The position numbers were made by a program, and so were the translations under genes. 59,436 nt of DNA from a virus (taxonomy: Duplodnaviria > Caudoviricetes). Location: the IMG/VR virus record IMGVR_UViG_3300020161_000132, positions 1-59,436 of that record. One strand, given 5' to 3'. Positions within the stretch are counted from its first letter, which is position 1. Each line of letters opens with the position of its first letter. Positions 1 through 11,274 of this stretch are shown here, piece by piece. Below the pieces are notes generated by a model, which was not told where the DNA came from, did not search any database, and worked only from the letters and a program-made list of their open reading frames with translations.

Positions 1-1
1 A

Positions 2-220
2 AAAAGCCCCTCTGGTGGTCTCAATGCCAAGGGTCGCGCATCCTACAACAAGGCCAATCCCGGTAAGCCGGGGCTGAAGGCTCCGCAGCCTGAAGGTGGG
101 TCGCGTAGGGACTCTTTTTGCGCCCGGATGACAGGTATGAAGAAGAAGCTTACCAGTGCGAAGACGGCTAACGACCCCAATAGCCGTATCAATAAGAGCC
201 TTCGGGCGTGGAAATGCTAG
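2..220 (+). CDS. Small basic phage protein, 5' truncated (DUF6321-like)
   Basis: Hand translation KSPSGGLNAKGRASYN...RRDSFCARM...DPNSRINKSLRAWKC*, a pattern common in uncultured podovirus-like phages. Confidence 0.7.
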   Translation, partial: KSPSGGLNAKGRASYNKANPGKPGLKAPQPEGGSRRDSFCARMTGMKKKLTSAKTANDPNSRINKSLRAWKC

Positions 221-229
221 GAGAGTAAG

Positions 230-553
230 ATGGCAATCGGTCGCGGCAGCATGATGAAAGAGCTCTTTGGCAATCGCCAAAAGGCTAAGAAAATGGCGAC
301 AGGTGGTACTCCTACTCCCACGGATACGATGAACCAGCGTGGGCGCGATATTGCTGAACAGGCGCAAGCAGGGGGTATGAAGATGGCTACGAACGCCCCT
401 TCGCGTATTACGCCACTCAATCCCGCGACTTATTCTCAGGGTACGCCCCCTATGCCCAGCATGAACGGCCCTGTGCGGACAATGAAAAAAGGCGGTTCTG
501 TGCGCGGCTGCGGCTGCGCTACTCGCGGTAAATCTGGCGCAAAGGTGTACTGA
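230..553 (+). CDS. Small basic virion-associated protein with MxxGG motifs
   Basis: GGAG RBS; C-terminus MKKGGSVRGCGCATRGKSGAKVY is paralogous to 1747..2226. Confidence 0.75.
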   Translation: MAIGRGSMMKELFGNRQKAKKMATGGTPTPTDTMNQRGRDIAEQAQAGGMKMATNAPSRITPLNPATYSQGTPPMPSMNGPVRTMKKGGSVRGCGCATRGKSGAKVY

Positions 554-726
554 TGGCAAAGAACTGGATCGCAGGCGCTATCAAAAAGCCCGGGGCCCTA
601 CGCTCCGCGTTGAAAGCTAAGCCGGGTGAACCCATCCCAGCAAAAAAGCTTGCTGCTGCGGCTAAGAAACCGGGTAAGTTGGGCCAACGCGCTCGCCTTG
701 CCGAGACCCTTAAGAAGATGAAGTGA
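553..726 (+). CDS. Small Lys-rich protein (57 aa)
   Basis: TGATG overlap with the previous stop; MAKNWIAGAIKKPGALRSAL...RARLAETLKKMK*; below the ORF-track length cutoff. Confidence 0.75.
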   Translation: MAKNWIAGAIKKPGALRSALKAKPGEPIPAKKLAAAAKKPGKLGQRARLAETLKKMK

Positions 727-733
727 GGCTACC

Positions 734-1417
734 ATGGCTGTTATCGTACCTGATCTGCCAGAGCTTTTTGAGGAAGCTTACGAACGCGCTGGTATTGAAA
801 TGCAGTCGGGTTACGACCTGAAAACGGCCCGCCGTAGCCTTAACCTGCTCACCCTAGAGTGGCAGAACCGGGGCTTAAACTTGTTTACGATTGAGTCAGG
901 CACGCAGGTTCTGACCGCGGGAACCGCCACGTACATCTTACCTACGGGCACGATTGATCTGATTGAGCACCAACTGCGTACAGGGAGTGGGACTTCTCAG
1001 GTAGATACCTACCTAGAGCGCATCAGCGTTTCCACCTATTCGCAGCAGACTAACAAGCTGATCACGGGCCGTCCCACACAGATCTTCGTGCAGCGCCTCG
1101 CTACCGAGACCAAGTTCACTCTGTGGCCCGTCCCAGATAATACGCAGACGTACACGGTTGCGTACTACCGCCTCAAGGGTATTGATGGTCTGGCCTCGGG
1201 TATTGGTGGTGATATGACCACGGTGCCACCGCGCTTCGTGCCTGCCCTCGTGGCAGGGTTGGCGTACTATATCGCCATGAAAAAACCCAAGTCTCAACCC
1301 TTGGTGCCGCAGCTCAAGGCCATCTACGATGAACAGTTTGAGCTCGCTGCTGATGAAGATCGTGACCGTTCTTCGGTTATGTTTGTTCCTTTCAACTCCA
1401 TGATGCTAGGTAACTGA
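734..1417 (+). CDS. Head-tail adaptor / tail tubular-like protein
   Basis: 227 aa with ARRSLNLLTLEWQNRG, GRP, LWPVPD and ALVAGLAYY pattern; position after the capsid module. Confidence 0.65.
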   Translation: MAVIVPDLPELFEEAYERAGIEMQSGYDLKTARRSLNLLTLEWQNRGLNLFTIESGTQVLTAGTATYILPTGTIDLIEHQLRTGSGTSQVDTYLERISVSTYSQQTNKLITGRPTQIFVQRLATETKFTLWPVPDNTQTYTVAYYRLKGIDGLASGIGGDMTTVPPRFVPALVAGLAYYIAMKKPKSQPLVPQLKAIYDEQFELAADEDRDRSSVMFVPFNSMMLGN

Positions 1418-1418
1418 A

Positions 1419-1736
1419 ATGCCCGCATACGCCCGTGGCAGTAAAGCTTTTGGATTCTGCGACCTCACTGGGTTTCGTTACCCTCTGAGCGAACTTGTCT
1501 GGGAAATAAAGCTTGGACGGCGCACTGGGTTTCGTGTCGGTAAAGATGTTGTCGATCCTGATCATCCGCAGTTGTATATCGGGCGTCTCAAGATCAATGA
1601 CCCGCAGGCGCTGAAAGACCCGCGTCCTGACACTGCAGAGGCCGCAGCAAACGCTATCTGGGGATGGAATCCGGTGTGGAATCCGCTGCAATATGCTGTA
1701 GGATCTGTTGGAACTGTAACTGTAACCACAACTTAA
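1419..1736 (+). CDS. Conserved virion-module hypothetical protein
   Basis: 105 aa; CDLTGFRYP and DPQALKDPRPD motifs; 1 nt after the previous stop. Confidence 0.7.
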   Translation: MPAYARGSKAFGFCDLTGFRYPLSELVWEIKLGRRTGFRVGKDVVDPDHPQLYIGRLKINDPQALKDPRPDTAEAAANAIWGWNPVWNPLQYAVGSVGTVTVTTT

Positions 1737-1746
1737 GGAGGCCGTC

Positions 1747-2226
1747 ATGGCTATGAAAATGAAAGAAGGCTCTGCTAAGGATATGCGCGAAGACAAGGCC
1801 ATGGCCAAGAAGCGCGGTATGCCTATGAAAATGTGGGAAAAATCGGCTGCTGACAAGAAGCACGATGCTCCCGAGAAAATGGCTAAGGGTGGCGCTGTCA
1901 AGAAGATGAACTACGGCGGTATGATGCCTCCTCCTCCTCCCGGTGGCGGTGGGGCTAAACAGTTGGGCGGTGACATTGCTTTTAGGTTTAAAGACCCCAG
2001 CGGCGATCGTACAATTGGCCCCGGTAAGTCGGGCCCCGGGCGGGACCGCGGCAATATGCCCCCTCCTCCTATGTTGCGTTCCCCCGGTGGCCCCGGTGCG
2101 CCTCCTCCTATGTTGCGTACCAGCGGCATGATGAAAAAGGGCGGCGCTGTTAAGAAGTCTATGGGCGGCACTGTTCGCGGTGCTGGTTGTGCTACCCGCG
2201 GTAAAACCGGGGCGAAGGAATACTAA
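1747..2226 (+). CDS. Basic Pro-rich protein with repeated MxxGG motifs
   Basis: AAGGAG RBS; MAKGG, MNYGG, MKKGG and SMGG repeats, polyproline runs, C-terminus VRGAGCATRGK. Confidence 0.7.
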   Translation: MAMKMKEGSAKDMREDKAMAKKRGMPMKMWEKSAADKKHDAPEKMAKGGAVKKMNYGGMMPPPPPGGGGAKQLGGDIAFRFKDPSGDRTIGPGKSGPGRDRGNMPPPPMLRSPGGPGAPPPMLRTSGMMKKGGAVKKSMGGTVRGAGCATRGKTGAKEY

Positions 2227-2229
2227 GCC

Positions 2230-2880
2230 ATGGACTACACGCAACTCAGCCAAGCGATACAGGACTACACGGAAAACACGGAAACCACTTTCGTGAGCAA
2301 TATTCCTACGTTTATTCGCCAGACTGAGGAACGTATTTATCGCTCCGTGATGATCCCGGAACTCCGTAAGAACGTCACAGGCGCTTTGACGAGCGGGAAT
2401 AAATACCTCGCTCGTCCTTCCGATTTCCTCTCCGTCTTCTCTCTTGCCGTGATTGACGGCACGGGGGAGTATCAATACCTCATCGACAAAGATGTGAACT
2501 TCATGCGTGAAGCATACCCGTCACCGTCAGTGACTGGGGTGCCAAAGTACTACGCTCAGTTCGACGGGGATATCGCATCCACAAGCTATGGTAACTTCAT
2601 TCTGGGCCCGACCCCAGATGCCGCGTATCAAGTAGAGCTGCATTACTACTACGACCCTGCCTCTATCGTGGATACTGGAACATCGTGGCTTGGTGAAAAC
2701 GCCGAGACTGTGCTCCTGTACGGTTGCTTGATTGAGGCTTATACCTTTATGAAGGGCGACAACGACCTCGCAGCTAAGTACACTGAGCGTTATCAGGGCG
2801 CACTAGCCAACCTTGGCCTCATTGATGTACGTAGTAAGCGTGATGATTATCGCGATGGGCAAATAAGGACGAACACATGA
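2230..2880 (+). CDS. Adaptor / tail tubular protein A-like
   Basis: 216 aa; GVPKYY, LGPTPD and LLYGCLIEA pattern of the adaptor-like family; operon position. Confidence 0.6.
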   Translation: MDYTQLSQAIQDYTENTETTFVSNIPTFIRQTEERIYRSVMIPELRKNVTGALTSGNKYLARPSDFLSVFSLAVIDGTGEYQYLIDKDVNFMREAYPSPSVTGVPKYYAQFDGDIASTSYGNFILGPTPDAAYQVELHYYYDPASIVDTGTSWLGENAETVLLYGCLIEAYTFMKGDNDLAAKYTERYQGALANLGLIDVRSKRDDYRDGQIRTNT

Positions 2881-3173
2881 ACGCTGGAGTTATGGATATC
2901 CCAAGGGATATCCCACTTGTGCAGGTGCATACAACGTCTGGTCGTGGATTCACGCCGGAAGAGATTGCAAAGCGCTGTGCTGATCGCCTGATGTATGTGG
3001 CTGACAGTGCGCCAATGGCTATCCGTGAACAGGCACTGGCGTTCAAAGATCACATCGAAAAGGTCGTCGCGCTCTATATGCACGAGGCTATCGCCAGTGA
3101 TCGCACAACTGTGTATAATGCGCTTAAAGATGCGGGTCACCCTGACCTTGCTGAACTGATCAGGAGGATCTGA
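2877..3173 (+). CDS. Conserved hypothetical protein
   Basis: ATGA overlap; 98 aa. Confidence 0.7.
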   Translation: MNAGVMDIPRDIPLVQVHTTSGRGFTPEEIAKRCADRLMYVADSAPMAIREQALAFKDHIEKVVALYMHEAIASDRTTVYNALKDAGHPDLAELIRRI

Positions 3174-3174
3174 C

Positions 3175-3633
3175 ATGGCTTTCACTGGAAACTTCATGGC
3201 TACGTCTTTCAAGACAGAACTCTTGAAAGGTTGTCACGACTTCACTCTCACCACTGGTGACGTATTCAAGCTTGCACTGTACACAAACTCTGCATCCTTC
3301 ACCGCTGCCACCACTGCATACACGGCGACCAACGAAGTGGCTGCTTCAGGCTCCTATGCCGCTGGTGGTGGTACTTTGACCAACATCACCGCAACAAACT
3401 CAGGGACCACGGCATTCACAGACTTTGCTGATGAGACCTTCACCACGGCAACCATCACTGCCCGTGGCGCTATGATCTACAACACCACTCCCAATACGAC
3501 TTCGTCGGCTGGCTTGACCAACCCCTGCGTTGTGATCTTGGACTTCGGTGCTGACAAGACCTCGACCGCTGGTGACTTCACCATCGTGTTCCCGACCGCT
3601 GATGCAACCAACGCCATCATTCGGATTGCATAA
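3175..3633 (+). CDS. Virion structural protein (Thr/Ala-rich, beta-rich)
   Basis: FKLALYT, YAAGG, ITARGAMIYN and LDFGADK pattern of a common phage structural family. Confidence 0.7.
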   Translation: MAFTGNFMATSFKTELLKGCHDFTLTTGDVFKLALYTNSASFTAATTAYTATNEVAASGSYAAGGGTLTNITATNSGTTAFTDFADETFTTATITARGAMIYNTTPNTTSSAGLTNPCVVILDFGADKTSTAGDFTIVFPTADATNAIIRIA

Positions 3634-3645
3634 GGTGATGCCACT

Positions 3646-3852
3646 ATGTCCACTGGATACTTCGCAAAAGTAGTCGATGGCATCGTAGAGGCTGTCATCA
3701 GGGCAGAGCCTGAGTACATCGCAGAGAACCCAACCTTCTTCCCAGAGAACTGGGTAGAGGTTCCTGACATGGATCAGTACCCAGCCATAGGGTACACATG
3801 GACCCAAGATGGCGGCTTTGTGCCGCCTCCAGTAGATGAAAGTGTAGTGTAA
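3646..3852 (+). CDS. Small tail-associated protein
   Basis: 68 aa; [13 protein letters not shown] and IGYTW..GGFVPP resemble small tail-fibre accessory proteins. Confidence 0.6.
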   Translation: MSTGYFAKVVDGIVEAVIRAEPEYIAENPTFFPENWVEVPDMDQYPAIGYTWTQDGGFVPPPVDESVV

Positions 3853-3854
3853 GA

Positions 3855-5201
3855 ATGGTCAAGTTCGTCAACAGAGCGAAGATGACCACATCCACCACTG
3901 GTACGGGGACTCTCACACTTGTCACGGCACTGTCTGGGTTTCAGTCCTTTGCAGCATCAGGCGTAGTCAACGCTGACATAGTCACATACGTCATTGAGGA
4001 CGGCACAGCTTGGGAGATAGGCAACGGGGTCTATACAAGCTCCGGCACGACCCTATCTCGCTCTCTCCTATCATCCAGCACAGGAAGCCTCTTGGTGCTG
4101 TCTGGCAACGCTGTGGTGTATGTGTCTGTGATCTCACAGACCATTGATGACCTGTATGCCACCAAGGCTGACCTAGCATCTCCCAGCTTCACTGGTCAGG
4201 CATCCTTCGCAGACGGCACAGCCGCCCTACCTTCGATCACCAACACGGGTGATACCAACACAGGAATACTTTTCCCCGCTGCGGATACCGTGGCTGTGTC
4301 TACGGCTGGCACTGAGCGTATGCGCGTTGATATTAACGGCAACGTGGGAATTGGAGGCACTGTTCCAGCAAGTCTTCCAAAGGTAGGCCTATATGGCGGC
4401 ATTCGCTTTTTGGCAACCGAAACTGCCGCTGCCACCTACACTGGGATTGGGTCAATTGCATTAGATACTGTAAGCATTAGCACGTCTGGCACTGAACGTA
4501 TGAACATCGGTACGGGGGGCAACATCTCGGCTGGGTCAGGCACTACAAATATTGCTTATACCATAGGCGGCGATATCTACCTACCAGCAGCCACTACGGA
4601 AGGCCGTGCTGTTCAGATTGGCAATGGAAGAACTGGAAACGGAAACGCATACATAGACTTTGTTGGTGACGCTACCTACACAGACTGGGGTCTACGCATC
4701 ATCCGCAACAACACGGGGGCTAATGCCAACAGTGAGATAAGTCATCGCGGCACAGGTGGACTTATCCTTAACGCTTTTGATAACTCATTTATCTATCTTC
4801 AGACAAACAACACTGTACGTTTTGTTGTTGGCTCTGCGGGCCAACTTGGCATTGGCGGCGCTACCTATGGCACATCTGGTCAAGTGATGACCTCTGGCGG
4901 CTCAGGTGCAGCGCCTTCGTGGAGTGATGTTGGCACGGCAATAGCGGGTCAATCTGGTGGAGGCGTTGGAACCTATCTATGGGCAAACACCAATAACTCA
5001 ACAACATATGCTCTCAATGCTACAATTGCTGGAAGTTCACTGTTGCCAACGGGCGCACAGACAAGTGATGGCGCTCCAGCTACTGCCCGCACTTCTGGAA
5101 ACGGCGCGGCTCCAGCCGGAACTTGGCAATGCATGGGAACACGGACAACCACTTCTGGAGCTATCACCAACAACGCAACACTTTGGTTGAGGATTTCGTG
5201 A
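3855..5201 (+). CDS. Tail fibre protein
   Basis: 448 aa; N-terminal [13 protein letters not shown]...WEIGNG anchor, repeated GTERMR/GNVGIG units, C-terminal GTWQCMG...TLWLRIS. Confidence 0.85.
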   Translation: MVKFVNRAKMTTSTTGTGTLTLVTALSGFQSFAASGVVNADIVTYVIEDGTAWEIGNGVYTSSGTTLSRSLLSSSTGSLLVLSGNAVVYVSVISQTIDDLYATKADLASPSFTGQASFADGTAALPSITNTGDTNTGILFPAADTVAVSTAGTERMRVDINGNVGIGGTVPASLPKVGLYGGIRFLATETAAATYTGIGSIALDTVSISTSGTERMNIGTGGNISAGSGTTNIAYTIGGDIYLPAATTEGRAVQIGNGRTGNGNAYIDFVGDATYTDWGLRIIRNNTGANANSEISHRGTGGLILNAFDNSFIYLQTNNTVRFVVGSAGQLGIGGATYGTSGQVMTSGGSGAAPSWSDVGTAIAGQSGGGVGTYLWANTNNSTTYALNATIAGSSLLPTGAQTSDGAPATARTSGNGAAPAGTWQCMGTRTTTSGAITNNATLWLRIS

Positions 5202-5599
5202 TGAACTACCGCAACGCAAAGCATATCAACAACAACCGCATTGACTGCGAGATAGAACATCCCGCCCACGGGTGGATACCATTCACTTGTGATCCAACCG
5301 ACACTGGCGCGGCGTTTGATGTTGTTGCATTGTATGATGCAATGGCCTCTGACCCCGTTACCGTTGCCTATATTCCGCCCACACAGGCAGAGCTTGACGC
5401 AGAGCAAGCTGGAGTGGTTCGTTTAACCCGTGACACCCTTCTTGCCAATGTGGTCGATCCCATTGTCTCCAACCCCTTGCGCTGGGCTGATCTGACAGCC
5501 GAAAAGCAAGCAGAGTGGGCTGCATATCGTCGCGCCTTGCTAGATGTTCCACAACAGTCTGGCTTCCCCAATGATGTTGTGTGGCCTATATCTCCATAG
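5201..5599 (+). CDS. Tail fibre assembly chaperone
   Basis: Start reassigned to ATG 5201 (TGATG overlap); EWAAYRRALLDVPQQSGFP..VVWP motif. Confidence 0.85.
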   Translation: MNYRNAKHINNNRIDCEIEHPAHGWIPFTCDPTDTGAAFDVVALYDAMASDPVTVAYIPPTQAELDAEQAGVVRLTRDTLLANVVDPIVSNPLRWADLTAEKQAEWAAYRRALLDVPQQSGFPNDVVWPISP

Positions 5600-5628
5600 C
5601 CACAATTTAACGTAGGAGGACTTGTGCT

Positions 5629-6312
5629 ATGCTTGGGTTCTTCCCTACCGCTTCAGCGCCGACAGCATCTATAGGCATACCGACAACGTATGTGTCGGTC
5701 ACTGGACTATCTGCCACAGGTTCCGTAGGAACCGTCACGGTTGTTGCTAAGGCAGTTGTCTCCGTCACTGGTGTATCCGCTACAGGCTCTTCAGGGTCTG
5801 TTACTGTCACTGCTGGAGCCAATGCTCCCGTAATAGGCGTTGAGGCTACAGGGCAGGTCGGAGCCGTCACTACTGTTGGCAAGGCCAACGTGTACCCGAC
5901 AGGGGTACAGGCAAGTGGCATAGTTAACGCCGTCACCACCACAGCAGGTGCAAACGTATACCCCGTAGGTGTGACTGCTACAGGCGCTGTCGGTACTGTC
6001 ACAACCACTGCTGGCGCAAACGCATATGTCATTGGAGTATCTGCAACAGGCTACGTTGGCTCCGTGACGTTCAAGATCTGGACAAGTATCGTTCCAGACC
6101 AAGCCCCCATCTATGGAGATATAACACCTGTGCAAAGCCCGTATTATACGGGCATACCGATATCTCAAAGCCCAAGCTACGCAAGCCTGACCCCAACCCA
6201 AGACCCTCAGTTTGTGCAGGTTCTGGAAGGGCCTTCTGCTGCATATAGCTCACTGACTCCAAGCCAGAACCCTAGCTGGGTTCAGATTGTTGCTGCGGGG
6301 TCTCCGCTATGA
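5629..6312 (+). CDS. Virion/tail protein with [11 protein letters not shown] repeats
   Basis: AGGAGG RBS; about six ~21-aa repeats followed by PxQxP repeats. Confidence 0.75.
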   Translation: MLGFFPTASAPTASIGIPTTYVSVTGLSATGSVGTVTVVAKAVVSVTGVSATGSSGSVTVTAGANAPVIGVEATGQVGAVTTVGKANVYPTGVQASGIVNAVTTTAGANVYPVGVTATGAVGTVTTTAGANAYVIGVSATGYVGSVTFKIWTSIVPDQAPIYGDITPVQSPYYTGIPISQSPSYASLTPTQDPQFVQVLEGPSAAYSSLTPSQNPSWVQIVAAGSPL

Positions 6313-7760
6313 CTCAAGCAACGGGCGGCATAATCACATCTGCCACGATTGGCGGAACCCTATATACCATCCACACCTTCACCACCTCTGGGAACCTTGT
6401 AGTCACCACGGGTGGCAGCGACATTGAGTACTTGCTTGTTGGTGGTGGTGGTACTGGTTTTAGATCAACAGCAGCAACGAGTACAGGCTGTGGAGGCGGC
6501 GGTGCTGGTGGCGTCCGAAGAAACATTGGGTCACCAATTTCCCTTACTGCGGCAACGTACCCTATCGTTGTTGGTGGAGGTGGCGCTGCTCCCGGATCCG
6601 GGTCAGCAAACAGCGGTGTAGCATCCACATTTAACGGCTTATCAGCCGTTGGCGGCGGCGGCGGTGGTGGTGGCAATGGCGCGGCTGGGGGTTCCGGCGG
6701 TGGTTCTGGCTCTAGTGGTAGCGCTGGTGCTGGGACAGCGGGTCAGGGATTTGCTGGTGGTGCTGGATATTTCTCCGTAATTGGCGGTAACGCCGCTGGG
6801 GGCGGAGGCGGTGCGTCTATTGCTGGGTCGGCTGGTACTTCTGGTGGGGCTGGTAAAGGTGGCAATGGCGTATCTCTAACATTTGCATCGGCTACTGCGA
6901 CAATTTATGGCGGTGGCGGAGGCGGATCTGGAGGCGGAACACTTAGCGTACCCCCTGCTGGAGCGGCAGGTACCGGCGGCGGAACGGCAGGTTCAAATAG
7001 CGGAACTACCACAGCAGGGACTGACGGACTAGGTGGTGGTTCTGGTGCCACAAGACTTGGTAGGAATGTCGGAAAGGGCGGTGATGGCGTTGTCATCATC
7101 AGATATGTAACAAACATTCCAGTATCCGTCCCTGTCACTGGTGTGTCCGCCACTGGCAATGTTGGCTCTGTAACCGTCACTGGAAAGGCAGTCGTCCCTG
7201 TCACTGGTGTGACGGCTACGGGTCAAGTCGGCACTGCAAGTGCATATCTTCAACAACGTGTTCTTGTTACAGGAGTCACTGCCACAGGCAATGTTGGCAC
7301 AGTAAATGTCAACGTCCCGACATATGTTACAGGGGTTTCAGCCACAGGTCAGGTCGGGGCTGTCACTGTCTATCTTAACCTTAACGTCCCCGTTACTGGT
7401 GTTGCGGCAGCAGGTCAAATTGGGACTGCCACTGTATACTTGAACCTAAATGTGCCTGTCACTGGTGTTGCAGCCACGGGGTTTGTTGGTTCCGTAACCA
7501 CAGTTGCAACAGCAAATGTTTATGTAGTTGGCCTGTTTGCAACTGGGCAGGTAGGAACTGTCAGCACTGTAGCAAAGGCTATAGTTTATCCAGTTGGCGT
7601 GTCCGCAATAGGCCAAGTCGGTTCTGTCACAGAGTTCCTTTGGACGAGCGTTTCTCCAGATCAAGCCCCCGATTACAGTCCGATTGCACCGATACAATCT
7701 TCAGGGTATAGTGCAGTAACTCCTACCCAGAACCCTATCTGGACCCCAGTTGTGACATAA
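6309..7760 (+). CDS. Glycine-rich-domain tail protein with VTGVxATG repeats
   Basis: [19 protein letters not shown] and [10 protein letters not shown] glycine-rich domain fused to a repeat region like 5629..6312. Confidence 0.8.
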   Translation: MTQATGGIITSATIGGTLYTIHTFTTSGNLVVTTGGSDIEYLLVGGGGTGFRSTAATSTGCGGGGAGGVRRNIGSPISLTAATYPIVVGGGGAAPGSGSANSGVASTFNGLSAVGGGGGGGGNGAAGGSGGGSGSSGSAGAGTAGQGFAGGAGYFSVIGGNAAGGGGGASIAGSAGTSGGAGKGGNGVSLTFASATATIYGGGGGGSGGGTLSVPPAGAAGTGGGTAGSNSGTTTAGTDGLGGGSGATRLGRNVGKGGDGVVIIRYVTNIPVSVPVTGVSATGNVGSVTVTGKAVVPVTGVTATGQVGTASAYLQQRVLVTGVTATGNVGTVNVNVPTYVTGVSATGQVGAVTVYLNLNVPVTGVAAAGQIGTATVYLNLNVPVTGVAATGFVGSVTTVATANVYVVGLFATGQVGTVSTVAKAIVYPVGVSAIGQVGSVTEFLWTSVSPDQAPDYSPIAPIQSSGYSAVTPTQNPIWTPVVT

Positions 7761-7771
7761 GGTGGTGTACC

Positions 7772-10054
7772 ATGGCTAGCACATCTACTACGAATACCGG
7801 GATTGAAAAACCGGGGCTTGGGGAGCAAGCGGGTACTTGGGGTACCACTGCAAACACCGACTTCGACATTATTGACCGCGCCTTATCCGGGGTTACTTCG
7901 GTATCGCTGACGGGCTCTTCCGATAGCACCACCATCGTGACGACCAACAATGTGCTTTCAGTTGGGCAGAACCGGACTTTTGTCCTTACAGGTACCCCAA
8001 CAGGGACATTAGTTTCACCATTTGCGCTTACTGTGACGCCCTCAACGGCACAAAAGCTGTACTTTTTCCGCAACACGACTTCGGCCTATATCAATATTAT
8101 CCAAGGTACGGGGGCTACAAAGGCCCTGATCTACCCAAGCGCCACCGCTATCGTATACCTAGACGGCGCAAACAACGCCTTTGACGTAAGCACCGCGTTT
8201 AACTACCTGTCCACAATCAATGGCGGAACTGTCGCGGGCGCTGCTACGTTTAACGGTATTACAAACTTCACGAGCACCGTGGGTATCGGCTCTGCTGCAC
8301 CAACTGCCAGCCTAGAGCTCAAGGCTGACGATACGCCCGTAGCTCAGTTTACCGCGTATATCTCTGGCACCACGATGACTGTGTCGGGGGTAGCATCTGG
8401 CACTCTGGCAACTGGGCAATACATCTTCGGCGCAGGCGTATCTGCAAATACGTACATTACCACTGGGTCAGGCGGCGCGGGGACATATACGGTTAGCGCT
8501 TCACAGACTGTCGCCACCGTAGGTTCGCCAATCACAATGTACGCGATTGCTGCGACCAGCAACCGTATCCGCTTCACCGATTCCGATACCACTGTAGTGG
8601 CGGGCCAGCCGCTTGGTACGGTAGAGTTCTACACTTCAGACGCCTCCACTCCCGGCGCAGGTGTTGGCGCATTTGTCACCGCCATTTCCGAAACTGCTAC
8701 CCCAGACACGGCGATTGTTTTTGGTACCCGTAACGATACTGCGGGTGGTGTTGGTGCTGTTGAAGTCGCCCGCCTTACGAGCGGGGGGTACATGGGGCTA
8801 GGTACGGCTGCACCAGCAGCCCCGCTCCATCTCGTTACTACCGTAGCTGAAGCAGTTATCGTAGAAAATTCGGATGCTGGCGCTGCATCCGCGCCAGAAG
8901 TTGTCCTCTACCGTAATAGCGCGTCTCCTGCCGCCGCAGATGTTCTCGGAGCCGTGGTATTTAGGGGTAAAAATAGCCTCGCAGTTGATAAAGATTATGC
9001 TCAAATTGGGTCACGCATCGAAGATGCGACAACTGCCACTGAAGATGCGAGCGTCTATTTCCAAGCTATGAAGGCGGGCACGCTTACCGACCGCCTTGTT
9101 CTTGGATCGACTGCTATGCAGCTTGCAGTGGACTACAACCTCGGCATTGGCACCACATCTCCAGATACCGCTATTGAAGTTTCTGGGAGTACTTCGCCAA
9201 TCGGTGCCTACACGGGGTATATCTACGACGGCACCACCTCGGGAACTGCTGGCACTGTTCTTAACGTAACTGGGGTAACTTCCGGCACTCTTGCTGTTGG
9301 ACAGTATGTCTTTGCAGCTACCATAGACCCAAACACCTACATTACGGCGTTTATCACGGGTACTGGTGGCGTAGGCACATACCGCGTGAGCGTTTCGCAA
9401 GCCGCTGGTACCTCGGGCAGTCCAATTACCGTATCTACTATCGCCGCTTCCTCAAACCGTATTCGCATCACAGACACTGACACCGCAGTGCAAGCAGGGC
9501 AACCCGCGGGCACGCTTGAGTTCTACACCAACGATACCGATGCGCCCGGTGCAGGTGTTGGTGCTTTCGTATCCGCAGTCTACACAAGTACAACCCCCGA
9601 TATTGATCTAGTATTCGGTACTCGCGATAACCCCGCCGCAAACGCTGGGTCCGGCGCTACGGAGCGGATGCGTATTTCGCAGTCTCTGATTAGCTATACC
9701 ATCCCGCAGGCCATCTCCGGAGCTAGCTACCTCGCTGCGGGCGCAAGCATCACAGCTACTGCTGCTGACGATGGTACAAAGACTACAGGTACGTACTCTC
9801 CGACCCCTATCGGAGGAAACATGAAACGTATCATTAACCAAGGAACCTTCTCGATTGCGGCCCCCACAGCGGCTGGTGACTACACGATGATTATCCAGAT
9901 CACAAATGCTGCAACCCTTGCTGGCACGATTACCCTTACCGGGTTTTCTAAAACCACAGGCTCCGCACTAACTACTACAGCAAGTAATGACTTCCTCTTG
10001 TACATTACAAAACTCAATGGGTTTACTCTTGGAAACGTGGTGGCCCTGCAATGA
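7772..10054 (+). CDS. Long tail fibre with internal duplication
   Basis: 760 aa; N-terminal [13 protein letters not shown] anchor; two copies of an ~140-aa unit. Confidence 0.85.
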   Translation: MASTSTTNTGIEKPGLGEQAGTWGTTANTDFDIIDRALSGVTSVSLTGSSDSTTIVTTNNVLSVGQNRTFVLTGTPTGTLVSPFALTVTPSTAQKLYFFRNTTSAYINIIQGTGATKALIYPSATAIVYLDGANNAFDVSTAFNYLSTINGGTVAGAATFNGITNFTSTVGIGSAAPTASLELKADDTPVAQFTAYISGTTMTVSGVASGTLATGQYIFGAGVSANTYITTGSGGAGTYTVSASQTVATVGSPITMYAIAATSNRIRFTDSDTTVVAGQPLGTVEFYTSDASTPGAGVGAFVTAISETATPDTAIVFGTRNDTAGGVGAVEVARLTSGGYMGLGTAAPAAPLHLVTTVAEAVIVENSDAGAASAPEVVLYRNSASPAAADVLGAVVFRGKNSLAVDKDYAQIGSRIEDATTATEDASVYFQAMKAGTLTDRLVLGSTAMQLAVDYNLGIGTTSPDTAIEVSGSTSPIGAYTGYIYDGTTSGTAGTVLNVTGVTSGTLAVGQYVFAATIDPNTYITAFITGTGGVGTYRVSVSQAAGTSGSPITVSTIAASSNRIRITDTDTAVQAGQPAGTLEFYTNDTDAPGAGVGAFVSAVYTSTTPDIDLVFGTRDNPAANAGSGATERMRISQSLISYTIPQAISGASYLAAGASITATAADDGTKTTGTYSPTPIGGNMKRIINQGTFSIAAPTAAGDYTMIIQITNAATLAGTITLTGFSKTTGSALTTTASNDFLLYITKLNGFTLGNVVALQ

Positions 10055-10680
10055 GCCTCCCTCTAATGCCTATGAGCAACCCTATCTCTACCGCACCAAC
10101 AGTAGCGTTTGGTAATGACTACTTTGGACGGCCAACAACCCTAACTGACTTAGGAGCTGACAATCCTAACCGCGTTGTAGTTCTCGCTGCATCTAGCGGT
10201 GGCCTCGGTACAAACACGATCTCCATCGGCGGCGTATCTCAGACTGTTTGGCATCCCCAGTCAAACGGCACTGTGCTTTCTAGCGGCACAAGCTACACCC
10301 AGTTTGCTATTGCGCGAGTTCCGACTGGAACATCCGTGTCTGCCTCTATCGCTAACGGCACTGTCTGTATGTGGTACACAATCATCGGGCTAAACGACCT
10401 TGTGCCGCGTTCGGGAACCCAAGATGCTTCTGGAACTCCCTCAGGGGGTGTCGTGATTATGGAAGAAGGCAGCGCTATTATTGCAAACCTATACGCAAGT
10501 AACGACAACAACTCCTTCACATGGACTTCGCCCATGATCCGCACGGTGAACAACACCTCACTTGGCCCATCCCGCGGTGCATCATCTGCGTATCTCCAAA
10601 ATTCATCCGCCGGGGCGTATACACTCACGTGTGCCATGGGGTCAGGAACTATGTACATGGGCGCTATAGTGCTAAGGTAG
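10051..10680 (+). CDS. Putative tail-tip / receptor-binding accessory protein
   Basis: ATGA overlap with the fibre gene; Ser/Thr/Gly-rich, 209 aa. Confidence 0.55.
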   Translation: MSLPLMPMSNPISTAPTVAFGNDYFGRPTTLTDLGADNPNRVVVLAASSGGLGTNTISIGGVSQTVWHPQSNGTVLSSGTSYTQFAIARVPTGTSVSASIANGTVCMWYTIIGLNDLVPRSGTQDASGTPSGGVVIMEEGSAIIANLYASNDNNSFTWTSPMIRTVNNTSLGPSRGASSAYLQNSSAGAYTLTCAMGSGTMYMGAIVLR

Positions 10681-10689
10681 GAACTAGGA

Positions 10690-11274
10690 ATGCTTAACAG
10701 AGACCAGATCATCGTGGCCATGATCCTTGTCTTAGGGTTCCTGTTATCTATCGTCATCGCCAACGCACAGACTACACCGATAGACTGCCCCGAAGGTTAT
10801 ATCTGCACTTGGTCAGGGTCGGACGGCTCGGTCACCACCAATGGTGAGATGATTACCACGGTAATCTCTCCCCCGCCTACGGCTGTGTCCCCCCAATTCT
10901 CTGCGGGCAACGGCAATGACCTTTGCACTGTTGGTGTATCGGGGGCTGTGCAAACACAAATTCTTGGCCTGTCTGCTGGCAAAACTGTCCGCGATATGAA
11001 CTGTGAGCGCCTCAAGAACGCCAAGGCGCTCTACGATATGGGGATGAAAGTCGCCGCGGTGTCCACAATGTGCCAAGATGAGCGCGTCTTTCAGTCGATG
11101 TTAGACGCAGGAACACCGTGCCCTTACGACGGCATGATCGGCGAAGAGGCAAAAGCGGCGTGGGAAGCTGACCCTGATCGCGCCGAGGGCACAGCGAAAG
11201 GGCGGCTTAATGACAAAACAAAATTGGGTATTGGCGCTCTGCTTGGTGTCTTGGGCCTCCTTATCGCACTCTGA
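10690..11274 (+). CDS. Exported Cys-rich protein with C-terminal membrane anchor
   Basis: Signal peptide ending ANA-Q; six Cys; hydrophobic C-terminus LGIGALLGVLGLLIAL. Confidence 0.75.
   Translation: MLNRDQIIVAMILVLGFLLSIVIANAQTTPIDCPEGYICTWSGSDGSVTTNGEMITTVISPPPTAVSPQFSAGNGNDLCTVGVSGAVQTQILGLSAGKTVRDMNCERLKNAKALYDMGMKVAAVSTMCQDERVFQSMLDAGTPCPYDGMIGEEAKAAWEADPDRAEGTAKGRLNDKTKLGIGALLGVLGLLIAL

Noticed and set aside
3855-10680. Diversity-generating retroelement or invertible tail-fibre switch
   Set aside because: No reverse transcriptase or invertase is present, and no template/variable repeat pair with adenine-specific differences was noticed
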